A stretch of 64,000 nucleotides of DNA, from assembly GCF_044704955.1 (NCBI RefSeq), contig NC_091995.1, forward strand, positions 15,872,001-15,936,000, read 5' to 3'. Numbering within the stretch: position 1 is the stretch's first letter; every line of letters starts with the position of its first letter. The position numbers and the translations under genes were made by a program. Of the stretch, positions 10,660 through 21,532 are shown piece after piece. This DNA comes from Pristiophorus japonicus (taxonomy: Eukaryota). A model generated the notes under the pieces. It was not told where the DNA came from. It worked only from the letters and a program-made list of their open reading frames with translations, and made no database searches.

Positions 10660-13131
10660 TTAGAGGGTGGTGAGCTTGCAGGTGGTGCAGGTGAACCTAG
10701 GCACTTTTCCCCTCAACCTTGGCTGCAGTGGGGGTAGTGAGTAACACCTGAAAAGGCCCCTCCCATTGTGGCTCTAATCCCTTCCGAATCCATACTTCCC
10801 TGGTGCCACGAGGGACAATTCGGGTAAAACTGGGAGGTCGAGGTGAGCATCTTGAACCTGGTTGTGAACTAGTCGCAGAGCCTGAGTCAGAGAAAGAACA
10901 TAGGTGGTCATCAGTCGAGCTGAGATCTAGGAACAATTTCCATCATTAACACCTTAACAACAGTTTGAGCCTTATTGTCCAGGTTAGGGTAGGCTTCAAT
11001 TCATCTGCTAAACACATCTACTATTACTAACACATATTTGTAACACTGAACTTTTTGCAACTCAATGTAGTCCAACTGAAATGTCTCAAAGGGACCTTCA
11101 GGTAGGGGCGTTTTACCCCAATCACAGGGGACTCCCTTCCCTGGATTATGTTGCTGGCAAACCAGGCAACGACTACTGATGATCTGGGCGAGCGCCTGGA
11201 GTCTAGGGTGCCACCAAGTAGCCAAAAGTGTATCACTCGTGGTTCTTGCTCCACAATGAGTAGCAAAATGCATACAATCAATAACCCATAGAGCCAACTC
11301 GTCAGACATGCAAGTCTGTTCCGCGGGAGTGGTCCAGAGTTTAGAAACATTGTCATAAGTACATGCATAATATTTCCACAACAGTTTATCTTTTTCAAGA
11401 GCGTCCTCCTGTGCTTTTATAACATCTTGGATGGTTGGCATTGGTTTTTCCGAGGCTAACTTATCCTTCGCAGGATTTTTAGTCTGACTCATCATTTTGG
11501 GCACTACCATCTGTTGGTCACGAGAGGCCTGTCTAACCTCTTTGTCAGCACAGCGATTCCCTATATCAACCAGAGAATTTCCGGTAGTGTGGGCGGTACA
11601 TTTAACAACGGCAATGTGCTTGGGGAGCATGAGGACTTGCAACAAATCAGATACTAGTTGCTTATGGGTTATCTCATTCCCCTGTGAGGTTAGGAATCCC
11701 CTATTTTTCCATAATTGTCCGAAATCATGGGCTACTCCAAAGGCATACCCAGAGTCGGTATAGATATTAACCTTAAGGTCTTTAGCCAAGATACAGGCTC
11801 GGGTGAGGGCGAATAGTTCAGCTTGTTGGGCAGAATAGGCGGTTTCAAAAGCGGCAGATTCCAAGACCTGATTCTTCTGTTTTACTATGGCGTATCCTGA
11901 GATTCGTGTACCTTCTGGATTAATAGAAGAACTTCCGTCAACATACATAATACAGTCTGGATCTTCCATTGGTACATCAACTAAATCTTCCCTGACTGAT
12001 GTGGCCTCTTAAATTAAAGATAAACAATCATGACTGGGTTCTTCCTCATCTTGGGGTGGCTCAGTAAGAAAACAGGCCGGATTAATTGCAGTACAGTGTC
12101 GAAAGGTCAGTTTAGGATTGCCTGTGATTTCAGTGGGTTCTGTCGGATAGAGGGCCAGTCCACATTGCCCTGCACTGGGATCTCAATCGGATCAATGGGA
12201 GTATAACCCACTTGGGAGTGGTCCTCTGCCCACACATGAGGATCCACATAGTCAGGTATTTGCACATCCCGGCTGGTAGGGTCAGCCTCGTCTATAGCCT
12301 GGCGCACCATAACTTCCAAATTTTTAGCGTGGTGGGGTTCTTTTTTCAACCACGCTGCCCCTCGCTGCAGCAGGAACGCCATCTTGCCTCTGTCCTCGAG
12401 GTCGACTGCCTTGATCCTTCTCTCCCGCGATTCTGCCACAACCGCTGGAAGGGTACCTATGAAATTGATCTTCTTCCCCAGGAGTCCTGCCACTGGAGCT
12501 GGGAAGGTATTTTTAGATCGTTCCAGTCGGATCATTGCCACGCAGTCGTGATGGATGGTCTGTGCCTCAGGTGCTGCACTGGTCTGTTCTCTGGTGCCTG
12601 GCCCAAGCAAAGGTGAGGTTTTGCTCTGCCTCTGAGCATGGGGGACATCGATTGCTGGAGTGAAGAGGTCTTCCCATTTCCACTGGGATCGTATGCTAGG
12701 GTCACGTGATAAGGTGCCTGCGGCAGGGCCAGAGACCACCACTGAGGGGTTCTAGTGGTATACTGTCACTTAAGGGTTCCCTGTTTTACAATAATCCCAT
12801 CATCTCCACACTCCAAATGCAACTGGAATTTGCAGAGGAGGTCTCTAGCCATCAAGTTACAGTCCAGATTGGTTGTGATAACAAATCGATGTTCCACCGA
12901 TTCTTCCTGGTAACCCATTTTAACCGGTTCTGACACCGGGAATGTAGAGACTTGTCCCAGGAATCCTGACGGTCCCTGTGTTTCAGTGAAGGCGGGGAGT
13001 TTAAGCTTTGATTGTACAGAAGACATGAAGGCTCCCGTATCTATCAAGAAGGGTTGCCACTCATTCCGAATTTTTAACAATATCATCGGTTCGTCATCCG
13101 GGGAGGGTCCCTGCACAATCAAGCTGCGTAG
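10660..13131 (-). pseudogene. pol: pro-pol remnant: protease, RT N-terminus, RNase H, integrase N- and C-termini
   Basis: LIDTGA protease; PHVWAE..QVG..IRQNPL RT start; YVDGSS/SAQQAEL/YTDS RNase H; HHCC zinc finger; [14 protein letters not shown]. No YxDD; deletion junctions near 12120 and 10925; in-frame stops. Confidence 0.92.
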
Positions 13132-14910
13132 TCAATATGAATCGGGGGACGGTTGGCCAAAGGGGTTGTTCTGGGAGAAGTTAGTGTAAGATCCCCGTCC
13201 TCTCCCCCCTTGCCACCCTCCTCTTCCTCCTCTTCCTTTTTCGTGCTGATGGGAGGGACAATTTCTATTCCAATGTCTTTCTTGCCCACAAATAAAGAAT
13301 CCATCTCATCTTTCCCAGCCCCGACCTCTTCCCATACCAGGCTGGGGACAGTAGGGTGGTCCGTAATTAGCAGGGCCCGGGCCATTTGGGTGTTTGATAT
13401 AACCGTATCCCTGTTTATCCACCCAACCCTGCACGCAATACTGCGGTTCCATCTGGTATCCCCTTGGGTCGGGTTTTGGTCCTTCCACCCGAGGCGGCTC
13501 TTCCTTTCTAGTCACGTATTCAGTCTTGACCCAGGTTGGGGGCGCACCTCCCCCCTCTCCTTTCTTTTTCTGCCAATAATATTTAACCACCCTTTCCATC
13601 TGGGCTTTACTATTATCTGCCCAATTATTTGTCCGGATAGCGTGAGCAACCGAATAGGGCAGGCAGTGAAGTAGGATAGCGCAGAATTGAGGAGAATCCT
13701 CTCCTGGCCTGAAGGCATTATCTCCTGATTGACTCCCGTATATTTCAATCGGCAGTTTCTTCACGCTTGGGTTTAGTTTCTAATACTGTGGCCATACTGA
13801 TGGGCTTCTGAAGGGTCGTGGTGAGAGAATTGAAGATAGCGTTTAGGCGATTCTGGATATCGTTAGGGTGAGCAGCCAACAATGCATCATGTGTAGCACG
13901 TCCTAGGTGAGTTAGAAATCGGGTGTGTTCAGTTGGGCTCAAGGTTTGCTTTACCAAGGCCCACAGGTCCCTTGATTCTGCATTATAAACTGAAATAGTT
14001 GTTCGAAGATCACATAGACATCTATAGTGGAGTGGTCTGCAGCTTGATGTGCATCAGGGTTTGGCATTGGTCTGACAGGGAATTGGTGTCGGGACTTTGG
14101 GATCTTGGAAATCATTTCTAGATCGGAGGATGTTTCGGAGCTGTCTGACTGCTTGACAGTTCTGCGTCTCGATCGGCGGGGGTGTTTGCTATGTCTTTCA
14201 CAACTTGGACTGGTAGATTGACTAGAAGATTTACGGGACTGTCTGTGATATCAAGATATAGTTCTGCCCTTTCGAGTGTGAGATCTGGTCCTTTCGGCTA
14301 TATTGCTTGTGAACTGGGGATCCGAATCGTTATCAGAGGATGAGGAGTCAGTTTGGGTTTGTTGCTTTGGTGGTATGGGGTTATTTTTAACTCCTCTCAC
14401 CGGAGTGTAAGGTGGAGGGTGTTGGGAAGAGGACTGGAGCAAGGGGCCAGGGGGTGCGGGAGGCGCCGTTGGGCGCTGAGTCAGTGACTACTCATCAATT
14501 TCATCATCAGCCTCGGTTAACACAAAGCCAGCCATTTGACTACGTAGTCGGTCAATACCTTTCTCAGAGGTCCCAGAGGATCTCTTAGTAAGTTTCTAGT
14601 GCGCACATTCTTTTTTTTAAGACGTCTACAGTTTTAACATGTGTTCCCTCTGTCAATGAGAGTCCCAATTTAATAGCATGTATTTGCCAACTTGACAGAA
14701 GTGATGCATCTTTTAATTTTTGACAATCCCTGTGCTTTTTTTTGCTACCTCTACGCTTCTAGTGCCACCTAGAGGCCACTGGTCATCTCCTAATAATTTG
14801 TTCAGGGTTCCTGATAATTTTCTAAAGTCTTCAGCTCTTTCAGGGAATTCCTCACGTAACTTTTGTAGCGGACTATCCGCATCCGTTGTTTTATCCAACT
14901 GATTACCCAT
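13132..14910 (-). pseudogene. gag: gag remnant
   Basis: MGNQLDK myristoylation start, PTAP and PPPY late domains, degenerate zinc knuckle FFICGQERHWNRNC; several stops and frameshifts; terminal TGA at 13132-13134 in frame with protease. Confidence 0.85.
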
Positions 14911-14949
14911 TTTCACACTGCCCCTCGTATTACTGTGTCGTTACGCATT

Positions 14950-15690
14950 CGCGTCGTCGTGCGATTTGAACAAACTTAAAATAAACACAGACTTTACTGA
15001 AACTAACAGTGACTTTGAAGAAACTCAAAATAAACAGACTTTACTAAAACTAACACTGACTTCCGCGTCGCCCCGCGGTTCGCATCGCCACGCGATTGGA
15101 AACACTTAAAAAAAACAGAGACTTTACTAAAACTAACACTGATTTCCGCGTCGCCCCGCGGTTCACGTCGCCACGCGATTTAAAACACTTAAAATAAACA
15201 CGGACTTTACTAAAGCTAACACTGATTTCCGCGTCGCCACGCAGTTCGCATCGCCGCGCGATTTAAAACACTTAAAATAAACAGAGACTTTACTAAAGCT
15301 AACACTCATTTCCGCATCGCCCCGCGGTTCCCGTCGCCGCACGATTTAAAACACTTAAAATAAACAGAGAGTTACTGAAATCAGCACTGACTTTGATCAC
15401 CCCACGGTTCGTGTTGCTACATATTCGCGTCGTCCCACGTTCACTCGGCCACGCGCTCGCACCGCCGCACGTCCCGCGCCGCTACGCATTTTAGGCTGCT
15501 GCGCATCTGCGTCAGCCCTCCTTCACTCAGCCGCACGCTCGCACCGCCGCACATCTCGCATCGCTATGCGTTTTACGCTGCTGAGCGTCTGCTTCAGCCC
15601 TCCTTCACTCGGCCGCACGCTCGCACCGCCACACATCTCGCATCGCTACGCGTTTTACGCTGCTGCGCATCTGCATCGGCCCTACCTTTC
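14950..15690. repeat. Two CpG-rich minisatellite arrays in the ERV 5' leader
   Basis: About 83-bp unit (actttac at 15038, 15121, 15204, 15287), then an unrelated unit of about 82 bp repeated three times (near 15440, 15522, 15604). Confidence 0.85.
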
Positions 15691-16887
15691 AAGTTGCTGC
15701 GTGATTTAAATTCAATCAGTGACTAGACGGGCCAAGTGATATACGAGGTCGACGTCACACCTGACTTGAACACCTATCCTCTAGTTAATTCCCCATAAGC
15801 CTTACTTAATTCCCTGTTAGCCTAATTTTCTAAATTTGATTTCTTATGAGCCTTATTTAATTTCTTTTAATCTCCAAATTTCCCTATCCTTTCACGTCAC
15901 TGCGCAGTTTAAATCCAATCAGTCAATGAAAGCCCTAATTTAATGGAGTTTTTCTGCCAACTGGACAGGAGTGATTTTTTTTTAGACTGCAGTGGAATTT
16001 TTCTCATAATTTAAAATCTCAGAACAATTTTTTTTTAGCACCTATTTAGTACATTACTTTTTTTTGTCTTTTCCATAACTAGAAAGAAGTCTGGCACGTA
16101 GGCTGTGGACTGCTTTTCGTTATCTCAATTGTTCCAGCCTCAAGGTCGTGTTATTTAATATAATATTTTTTTTTGAATCCTTTTGAATCCATCTCAGTTG
16201 TTTTGTTGTGCCTTCTCTGAATGTTTTCTTTCGACAAGTAAGTGAGCATGTTAAATCCTTTTTTTTAATCACTGGGACCATGTATTTTTTTCTTTTTTTT
16301 TTAACTCAACAAACCTATCCTTTGTGCATTTCCTGGCTCCGTAACTTATCATCCGAATATACGTAATTCAATAAGGTTCACACTCTTAAACTTCCCACAT
16401 ACAGGACAACACTACGAAGTGTTAAAAAAAACTTTCATTCTGTTTGAAAAAGTAGGTGGAGATAAAACAAACCACAACTCCCCGGCTTCTTTACATTAAA
16501 AATCACAGAAGCATTTCTCATTTAAACAGACGTTCACAAGAGTCTCTTTTCTTTCCTATTAATTTTTGCATCCATGATTGATTATCTATCCCTATCTAGC
16601 TCTAACTATAACCTATCTTTCCAAGTCGCCACTTGGTTTGCGTCACCGCGCAATTTCCCTATCTCTATCCCTGTTCTAAGTTTGAAAGGTATTCACCAGA
16701 TTGTCCTGGATCTCGTTCAGACACTACCTGAGAACCAGCGAATGGCTAAACATTCCTCAGACTTTTGAAACCGGGGAAAACTGGAGCAGTATTGAAATCA
16801 TACTCACTCCAGTGGCCACTTTCCCCTCGTCTCGTCCAAGGCTAGTCTGGCTCTTAATTCGCAAGTTTTCGGCAGTCGTCCATTGAG

Positions 16888-16905
16888 ATCCCACTTCTGA
16901 CACCA
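16888..16905 (-). other. ERV primer binding site, tRNA-Leu type
   Basis: TGGTGTCAGAAGTGGGAT, 2 nt from the 5' LTR; complementary to the 3' end ATCCCACTTCTGACACCA of vertebrate tRNA-Leu (CAA/CAG). Confidence 0.85.
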
Positions 16906-16907
16906 AA

Positions 16908-17464
16908 TGTTGATTTCTGGATTCTTTTACCTCAATCTGGTTCAGCAAAATTACTGAAACGAATACCGTTTGTGCTTTAAACAAAGCAAGCTTTTATTTA
17001 AAAAGCAAATCCCGATCGGGGACTTTATCAGACAGAAGGAATGCAAGTCTGTTCGAACGCACCCACTTCCTACAGACAAAGTGACGTTACATTGTAAAGG
17101 GACGATGGTTATACATTTTCGGCAAAAGATAACAAGATAGGGCTAGAGTGACATTCTAGTTCAACCTATCTCTTTTGAACCCTCTTTCCCTTTGTCCACT
17201 CATAAGCCGACCTAAGTATGGTCTGATTTTAAACAAAGACCTTCTGTTAATGTTTCAGGTTAATAACATGATTTAATAAGACCTTGAGGTTTTTCTGCAA
17301 GATGTGGGTTTTGTTTCAATATGTGTTAGTGTTGTAACATTTCGCAGTCTCGAGTCTGAGATGTCATGGCTATTCCTCCATGAATTCTTTGTTAGCTTAT
17401 ACTGTCCCTATACAATTCCCACATTCTCAACTTCAATGTCTCTATACATTTTTAAACATTCACA
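16908..17464 (-). repeat. ERV 5' LTR
   Basis: 557-bp direct repeat of 9283-9839, adjacent to the PBS. Confidence 0.95.
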
Positions 17465-18725
17465 CATCCACTGATCTTCCGACACCCACCGTCACTTTAA
17501 CAATTTCTAGTTTCCTGGCCCCAACCATCTCCTTTTTACCATGGACGTCTAATCCCTCTACACCTCCATCCCCCACCAGGATGGCCTGAGGGCGTTCTGC
17601 TTATTCCTTGAAAAGAGGTCCAATCAGTTCCCATCCACAAAAACCCTCCTCTACCTGGCTGAACTTGTTCTCACATTCAGCAACTTATCTTTTGACTCCA
17701 TTCATTTCCTCCAAAGACAAGATGTTGCTATGAGAAACGACATGCATCCTAGCTCGGCCTGACTTTACTTGGGATATTTGGAACATTTTTTGTTCCAGTC
17801 CTACTTAGTTTCCCTTCCTCACCTCTTTATCTGCTACATTGATGACTCTGTTGATGTCGTTTCCTGCTCTCACCCTGAACTAGACAATTTCATTCACTTT
17901 GCATCAAATTTCTATCCTTCCCTCGCCTCGACATGCTCCATCTTTGCCTCTTCCATTCCCTTGCTTAACATCACTGTCTCTATTTTTGGTGATAGGCTAT
18001 CGACCAATATCCACTACAAGCCCACTGACTTCCACAGCTACCTTGACTACAATTCCTCCCACCCACTTCATGTAAGGACTCCATTCCATTCTCCCATATT
18101 CCCTGTTTCCATCGCATCTGTTCTAACAATGCTACCTTCCATACCAGATATATCTTCCTTTTTCCTCAATCGAGGATTCCCTTCCCCCATGATTGACAGA
18201 GCCAATTACTGAGTCTGTTCCATTTCCTGCAATTCTTCACTCGCCTCTTCCACTCGCTCTCAGAATCAGTACCCCTGTCCTCTCCTTGCACCCGCCTCCA
18301 CATTCAATGGATCATCCTCCACCATTTCGCCACCTCCTGAATGATCCTACCACCAAACACATCTTTCTCTTCCCTCTCCTTTCAGCAATACAAAGGGAGC
18401 ATTCCATCGGCAAAACTGTGGCCCACTCCTCAATCACCCCCAACGCCTCCTCCCCTTCCTACGGCCCTTCCTGAGCAAGCACAGGAGATGCAACACCTGC
18501 CTTTTTAGCTCCTCCCTTTGCACCGTCCAGGGCCCCAAACACTCCTTCCAGGTGAAAGAGCGATTTAATGGTACTGCTTACAATTTAGTATACTGTATTC
18601 ACTGCTCAGGTTGCGGTCTCCTCTACATTGGAGACACCAAATGCAGATTGGGTGACTGCTTTGCAGAACACTTCCATTCAGCCTCCAAGTGTGACCTCGA
18701 GCATCTGGTCACCTGTCATTTTAAT
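17465..18725 (+). mobile_element. Penelope-like retroelement (RT + GIY-YIG), degraded; its 5' stub at about 9225-9282 was separated by the ERV
   Basis: YIDD RT motif, TNIHYKPTDFHSYLDY.SSHP, and NLVYCIHCSGCGLLYIGDTKCRLGDCFAEH GIY-YIG endonuclease. Confidence 0.85.
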
Positions 18726-19469
18726 TTAAGCCATACTTTAAATATGTGAACAGGAAATAGTTGATCCCATGATATATGTCGAGATTCTTTTATGGGGAAA
18801 AAGAAGGGGAGTACGACTAATTAGATAGCTCTACCAAAAAGCCGGCACAGGCATGATGGGCCGAATTGCCTCCTTCTGTGTTGTATCATTCTCTGTTTTT
18901 ACGATTGTATAAATTAGGCGTGGAAATCATTGTTAATTAACCAGCACCGAATCAAAACGCCAGTTCCTTGTCCCTGGGCTTTCAGAATGCTTTCCATATT
19001 CTTTCACTGGATGTTCCACATGCTCACCTTCCCCCTCCTACCTGCAACTGCAGGAGCTAGTTTTGATTGTAATTTCCAGAATTTTTCTCAACTTGTTTAA
19101 TTGTTACCACTTTATTTATTACACAAGTGGATAATTTGCTGTGGTGGGTAATCTTTTTAAATTACTTTTAGTGGCTCAATCGGTTTGCTATTTCCCTTCA
19201 GTACAACTTAATGAACCCTTACTTCCTTCTGGATCTGACTTTCCTCCCAGATTTCTGACTTATTCAATCTTCTGTCTACGTATATATTCTCATGTCCGAT
19301 TAAGGAATCAGAGGAGCAAAGGAAAATGATTAATGTTGACATATGGATGGGGGCTCCGCTTGCTTATAAATATATTTATACACCTAAAGACTGTCATTAG
19401 AATTGATAAGGTAAGTGTATCTTAATTGATGGAGATTATTGTGTATCTAGTCAAACCTTAAGGTGTCAC

Positions 19470-19900
19470 AGTAGATAAGCTAGCATAATATCCACTGAGT
19501 CAAAAGGTTTGGGGTTCAAGTCCCACTTCACAGACTTGAACACAAAATTCTAGGCTGACACGTGCCAGTGCAGCATTGAGAGAGTGCTGCACTGTTAAAG
19601 GTGCCGTCTTTAAACTCAGGCCACGTCTACTCAGGTAAAAGATCCCATGGCATAATTTCGAAGAAAAGCAGGGGAGTTATCTCCACTGTCCCGGTCAACA
19701 TTTCTCTCTCAATCAACATCACTAAAACAGATTATCTTGTCATTATCACATTGCTGTTTGTGGGAACTTCCTGTGCGCAAATTGACTGCTGCGTTTCCCA
19801 CATTACAACAGTGACTACACTTCAAAAAGTACTTAATTGCATATAAAGCGCTTTCGGACGTCTGGTGGTCGTGAATAGGCGCCACATAAATGAAAGTCAT
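19470..19900 (+). mobile_element. Deu-domain SINE
   Basis: Same head and core as the other copies. Confidence 0.7.
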
Positions 19901-19965
19901 TTTGTTGACTTCTGTATATTACGAATTAAAACGAGGGGGCTTTTAATAATTGTTGTGCTTCCTAG

Positions 19966-20022
19966 ATCACCGTGAAAAAATGAATCCCGCTGACCTGCTG
20001 TGGACAGTGATGCTACTCTTTA
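19966..20022 (+). CDS. Leader (signal peptide) exon of NKp30-like receptor gene A; ATG at 19980
   Basis: cttcctag| acceptor, 14-nt UTR, MNPADLLWTVMLLF, then A|gtaagc phase-1 donor matching the phase-1 V exon. Confidence 0.75.
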
Positions 20023-20184
20023 GTAAGCTATTTATTTTCTTATTACACTTAGCTGTTGGGTAGTTGGGCAACGTTAAGTAACTGGGCTTAAGTATGTGGT
20101 GGACCAAAGATAAATTTAACTTGAAATCCATACATGGAAGAGTTAGATCGTTTTGTGCATAAATTGCCCTGGGCATTCATATGT

Positions 20185-21020
20185 AATGCATGGCAGATGA
20201 AGTATAATATGGATAAATGTGAGGTTATCCACTTTGGTGGTAAAAACAGAGAGACAGACTATTAGCTGAATGGTGACAGATTAGGGAAAGGGGAGGTGCA
20301 ACGAGACCTGGGTGTCATGGTACATCAGTCATTGAAGGTTGGCATGCAGGTACAGCAGGCGGTTAAGAAAGCAAATGGCATCATAGCGAGAGGATTTGAT
20401 TACAGGGGCAGGGAGGTGTTACTACAGTTGTACAGGGCCTTGGTGAGGCCACACCTGGAGTATTGTGTACAGTTTTGGTCTCCTAACTTGAGGAAGGACA
20501 TTCTTGTTGTTGAGCGAGTGCAGCGAAGGTCCACCATACTGATTCCCGGGATGGCGGGACTGGCATATAAAGAAAGATTGGATCAACTGGGCTTGTATTC
20601 ACTGGAGTTCAGAAGAATGAGAGGGGATCTCATCGAAAGGTTTAAAATTCTGACGGGTTTAGACAGGTTAGATGCAGGAAGAATGTTCCCAATGTTTGGG
20701 AACTCCAGAACCAGGGGTCACAGTCTAAGGATAAGAGGTAAGCCATTTAGGACCGAGATGAGGAGAAACTTCTTCACCCAGAGAGTGGTGAACCTGTGGA
20801 ATTCTCTACCACAGAAAGTTGTTGAGGCCAATTCATTAAACATATTCAAAAAGGAGTTAGATGTAGTCCTTACTACTAGGGGGATCAAGGGGTATGGCGA
20901 GAACGCAGGAATGGGGTACTGAAGTTGCATGTTCAGCCATGAACTCATTGAATGGTGGTGCAGGCTCGAAGGGCCGAATGGCCTACTGCTGCACCTATTT
21001 TCTATGTTTCTATGTTTCTA
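20185..21020 (+). mobile_element. CR1 LINE 3' fragment in the leader-V intron of gene A
   Basis: ORF 20296-20922 is CR1 ORF2 C-terminus (LVRPHLEYCVQFWSP, FFTQRVVNLWNSLP); ends in (TTTCTATG)n. Confidence 0.92.
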
Positions 21021-21028
21021 TATTACAG

Positions 21029-21376
21029 CGGCCACTGCCAGCAAGATCAAAGTGTTTCAAACACCACCTTCCATTGAGGCTGCCGAGGGAGAGACAGTCC
21101 ATCTGCTCTGTACTTACAACACATCTGAAGTACAATGCAACGGAGCATTCTCTTGGTTCAAAGACCTAACAAATGGAGACACCATAGTAACTAATACATC
21201 CGCAAAATACTCGGGTAGAATTATGGCGGTGGACAGACCCTCTTTCAAAGCGAATCGAAACGCTTCTATCGCGATCACAAACCTGAAGCAGGATGACTCA
21301 GGCACATATTACTGTCAGGTGGAGACAGTATTGGTCGAGAAAGTCAGTGCACCAGGAACAATATTGACAGTTAACC
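21029..21376 (+). CDS. NCR3-like: Ig V-set exon with germline-joined J-like strand, NKp30/NCR3-like, gene A (open reading frame)
   Basis: tattacag|CG acceptor, C|gtaagt donor, 348 nt, phase 1-1. KVFQTP..EGETVHLLC...GAFSWFKD...YSGRI...SF...NASIAITNLKQDDSGTYYCQVE...APGTILTV follows the motif order and spacing of NKp30 as I recall it. Confidence 0.8.
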
Positions 21377-21429
21377 GTAAGTTCATATGGAGAAAAAGAG
21401 GAAGTCTGTGTGTGCGAGAGAGAGTAAGA

Positions 21430-21441
21430 GATCGATAGATT

Positions 21442-21516
<75 letters not shown>

Positions 21517-21532
21517 CGATCGTTCGATCGAT
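21430..21532. repeat. (GATA)n microsatellite grading into GATC units
   Basis: About 20 GATA units, ending gatcgatcgttcgatcgatcgg. Confidence 0.95.

Larger units (their letters stand above)
9283..17464 (-). mobile_element. Endogenous retrovirus, class I (epsilon/gamma-related), internally deleted provirus of 8182 bp
   Basis: Two 557-bp TG...CA LTRs, 4-bp TSD CATC (9279-9282 and 17465-17468), PBS, PPT and gag-pol-env remnants in order on the - strand. Confidence 0.95.

Noticed and set aside
10697-11003. APOBEC-type hypermutation of the ERV (two probable TGG-to-stop changes)
   Set aside because: Only two cases; other stops look like CGA-to-TGA or CAA-to-TAA decay, and the LTRs show no hypermutation.
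14950-15690. CRISPR-like array
   Set aside because: Units are contiguous tandem repeats without unique spacers, inside a eukaryotic provirus, with no cas genes.
16888-16905. tRNA gene (also the SINE heads with B-boxes)
   Set aside because: Only the 18-nt PBS complement or degenerate SINE heads are present; no cloverleaf.
20929-21438. 169-aa single-exon ORF as the real gene A protein
   Set aside because: Its N-terminus is CR1 3' UTR and its C-terminus is intron read-through; a phase-compatible leader exon exists at 19966-20022.
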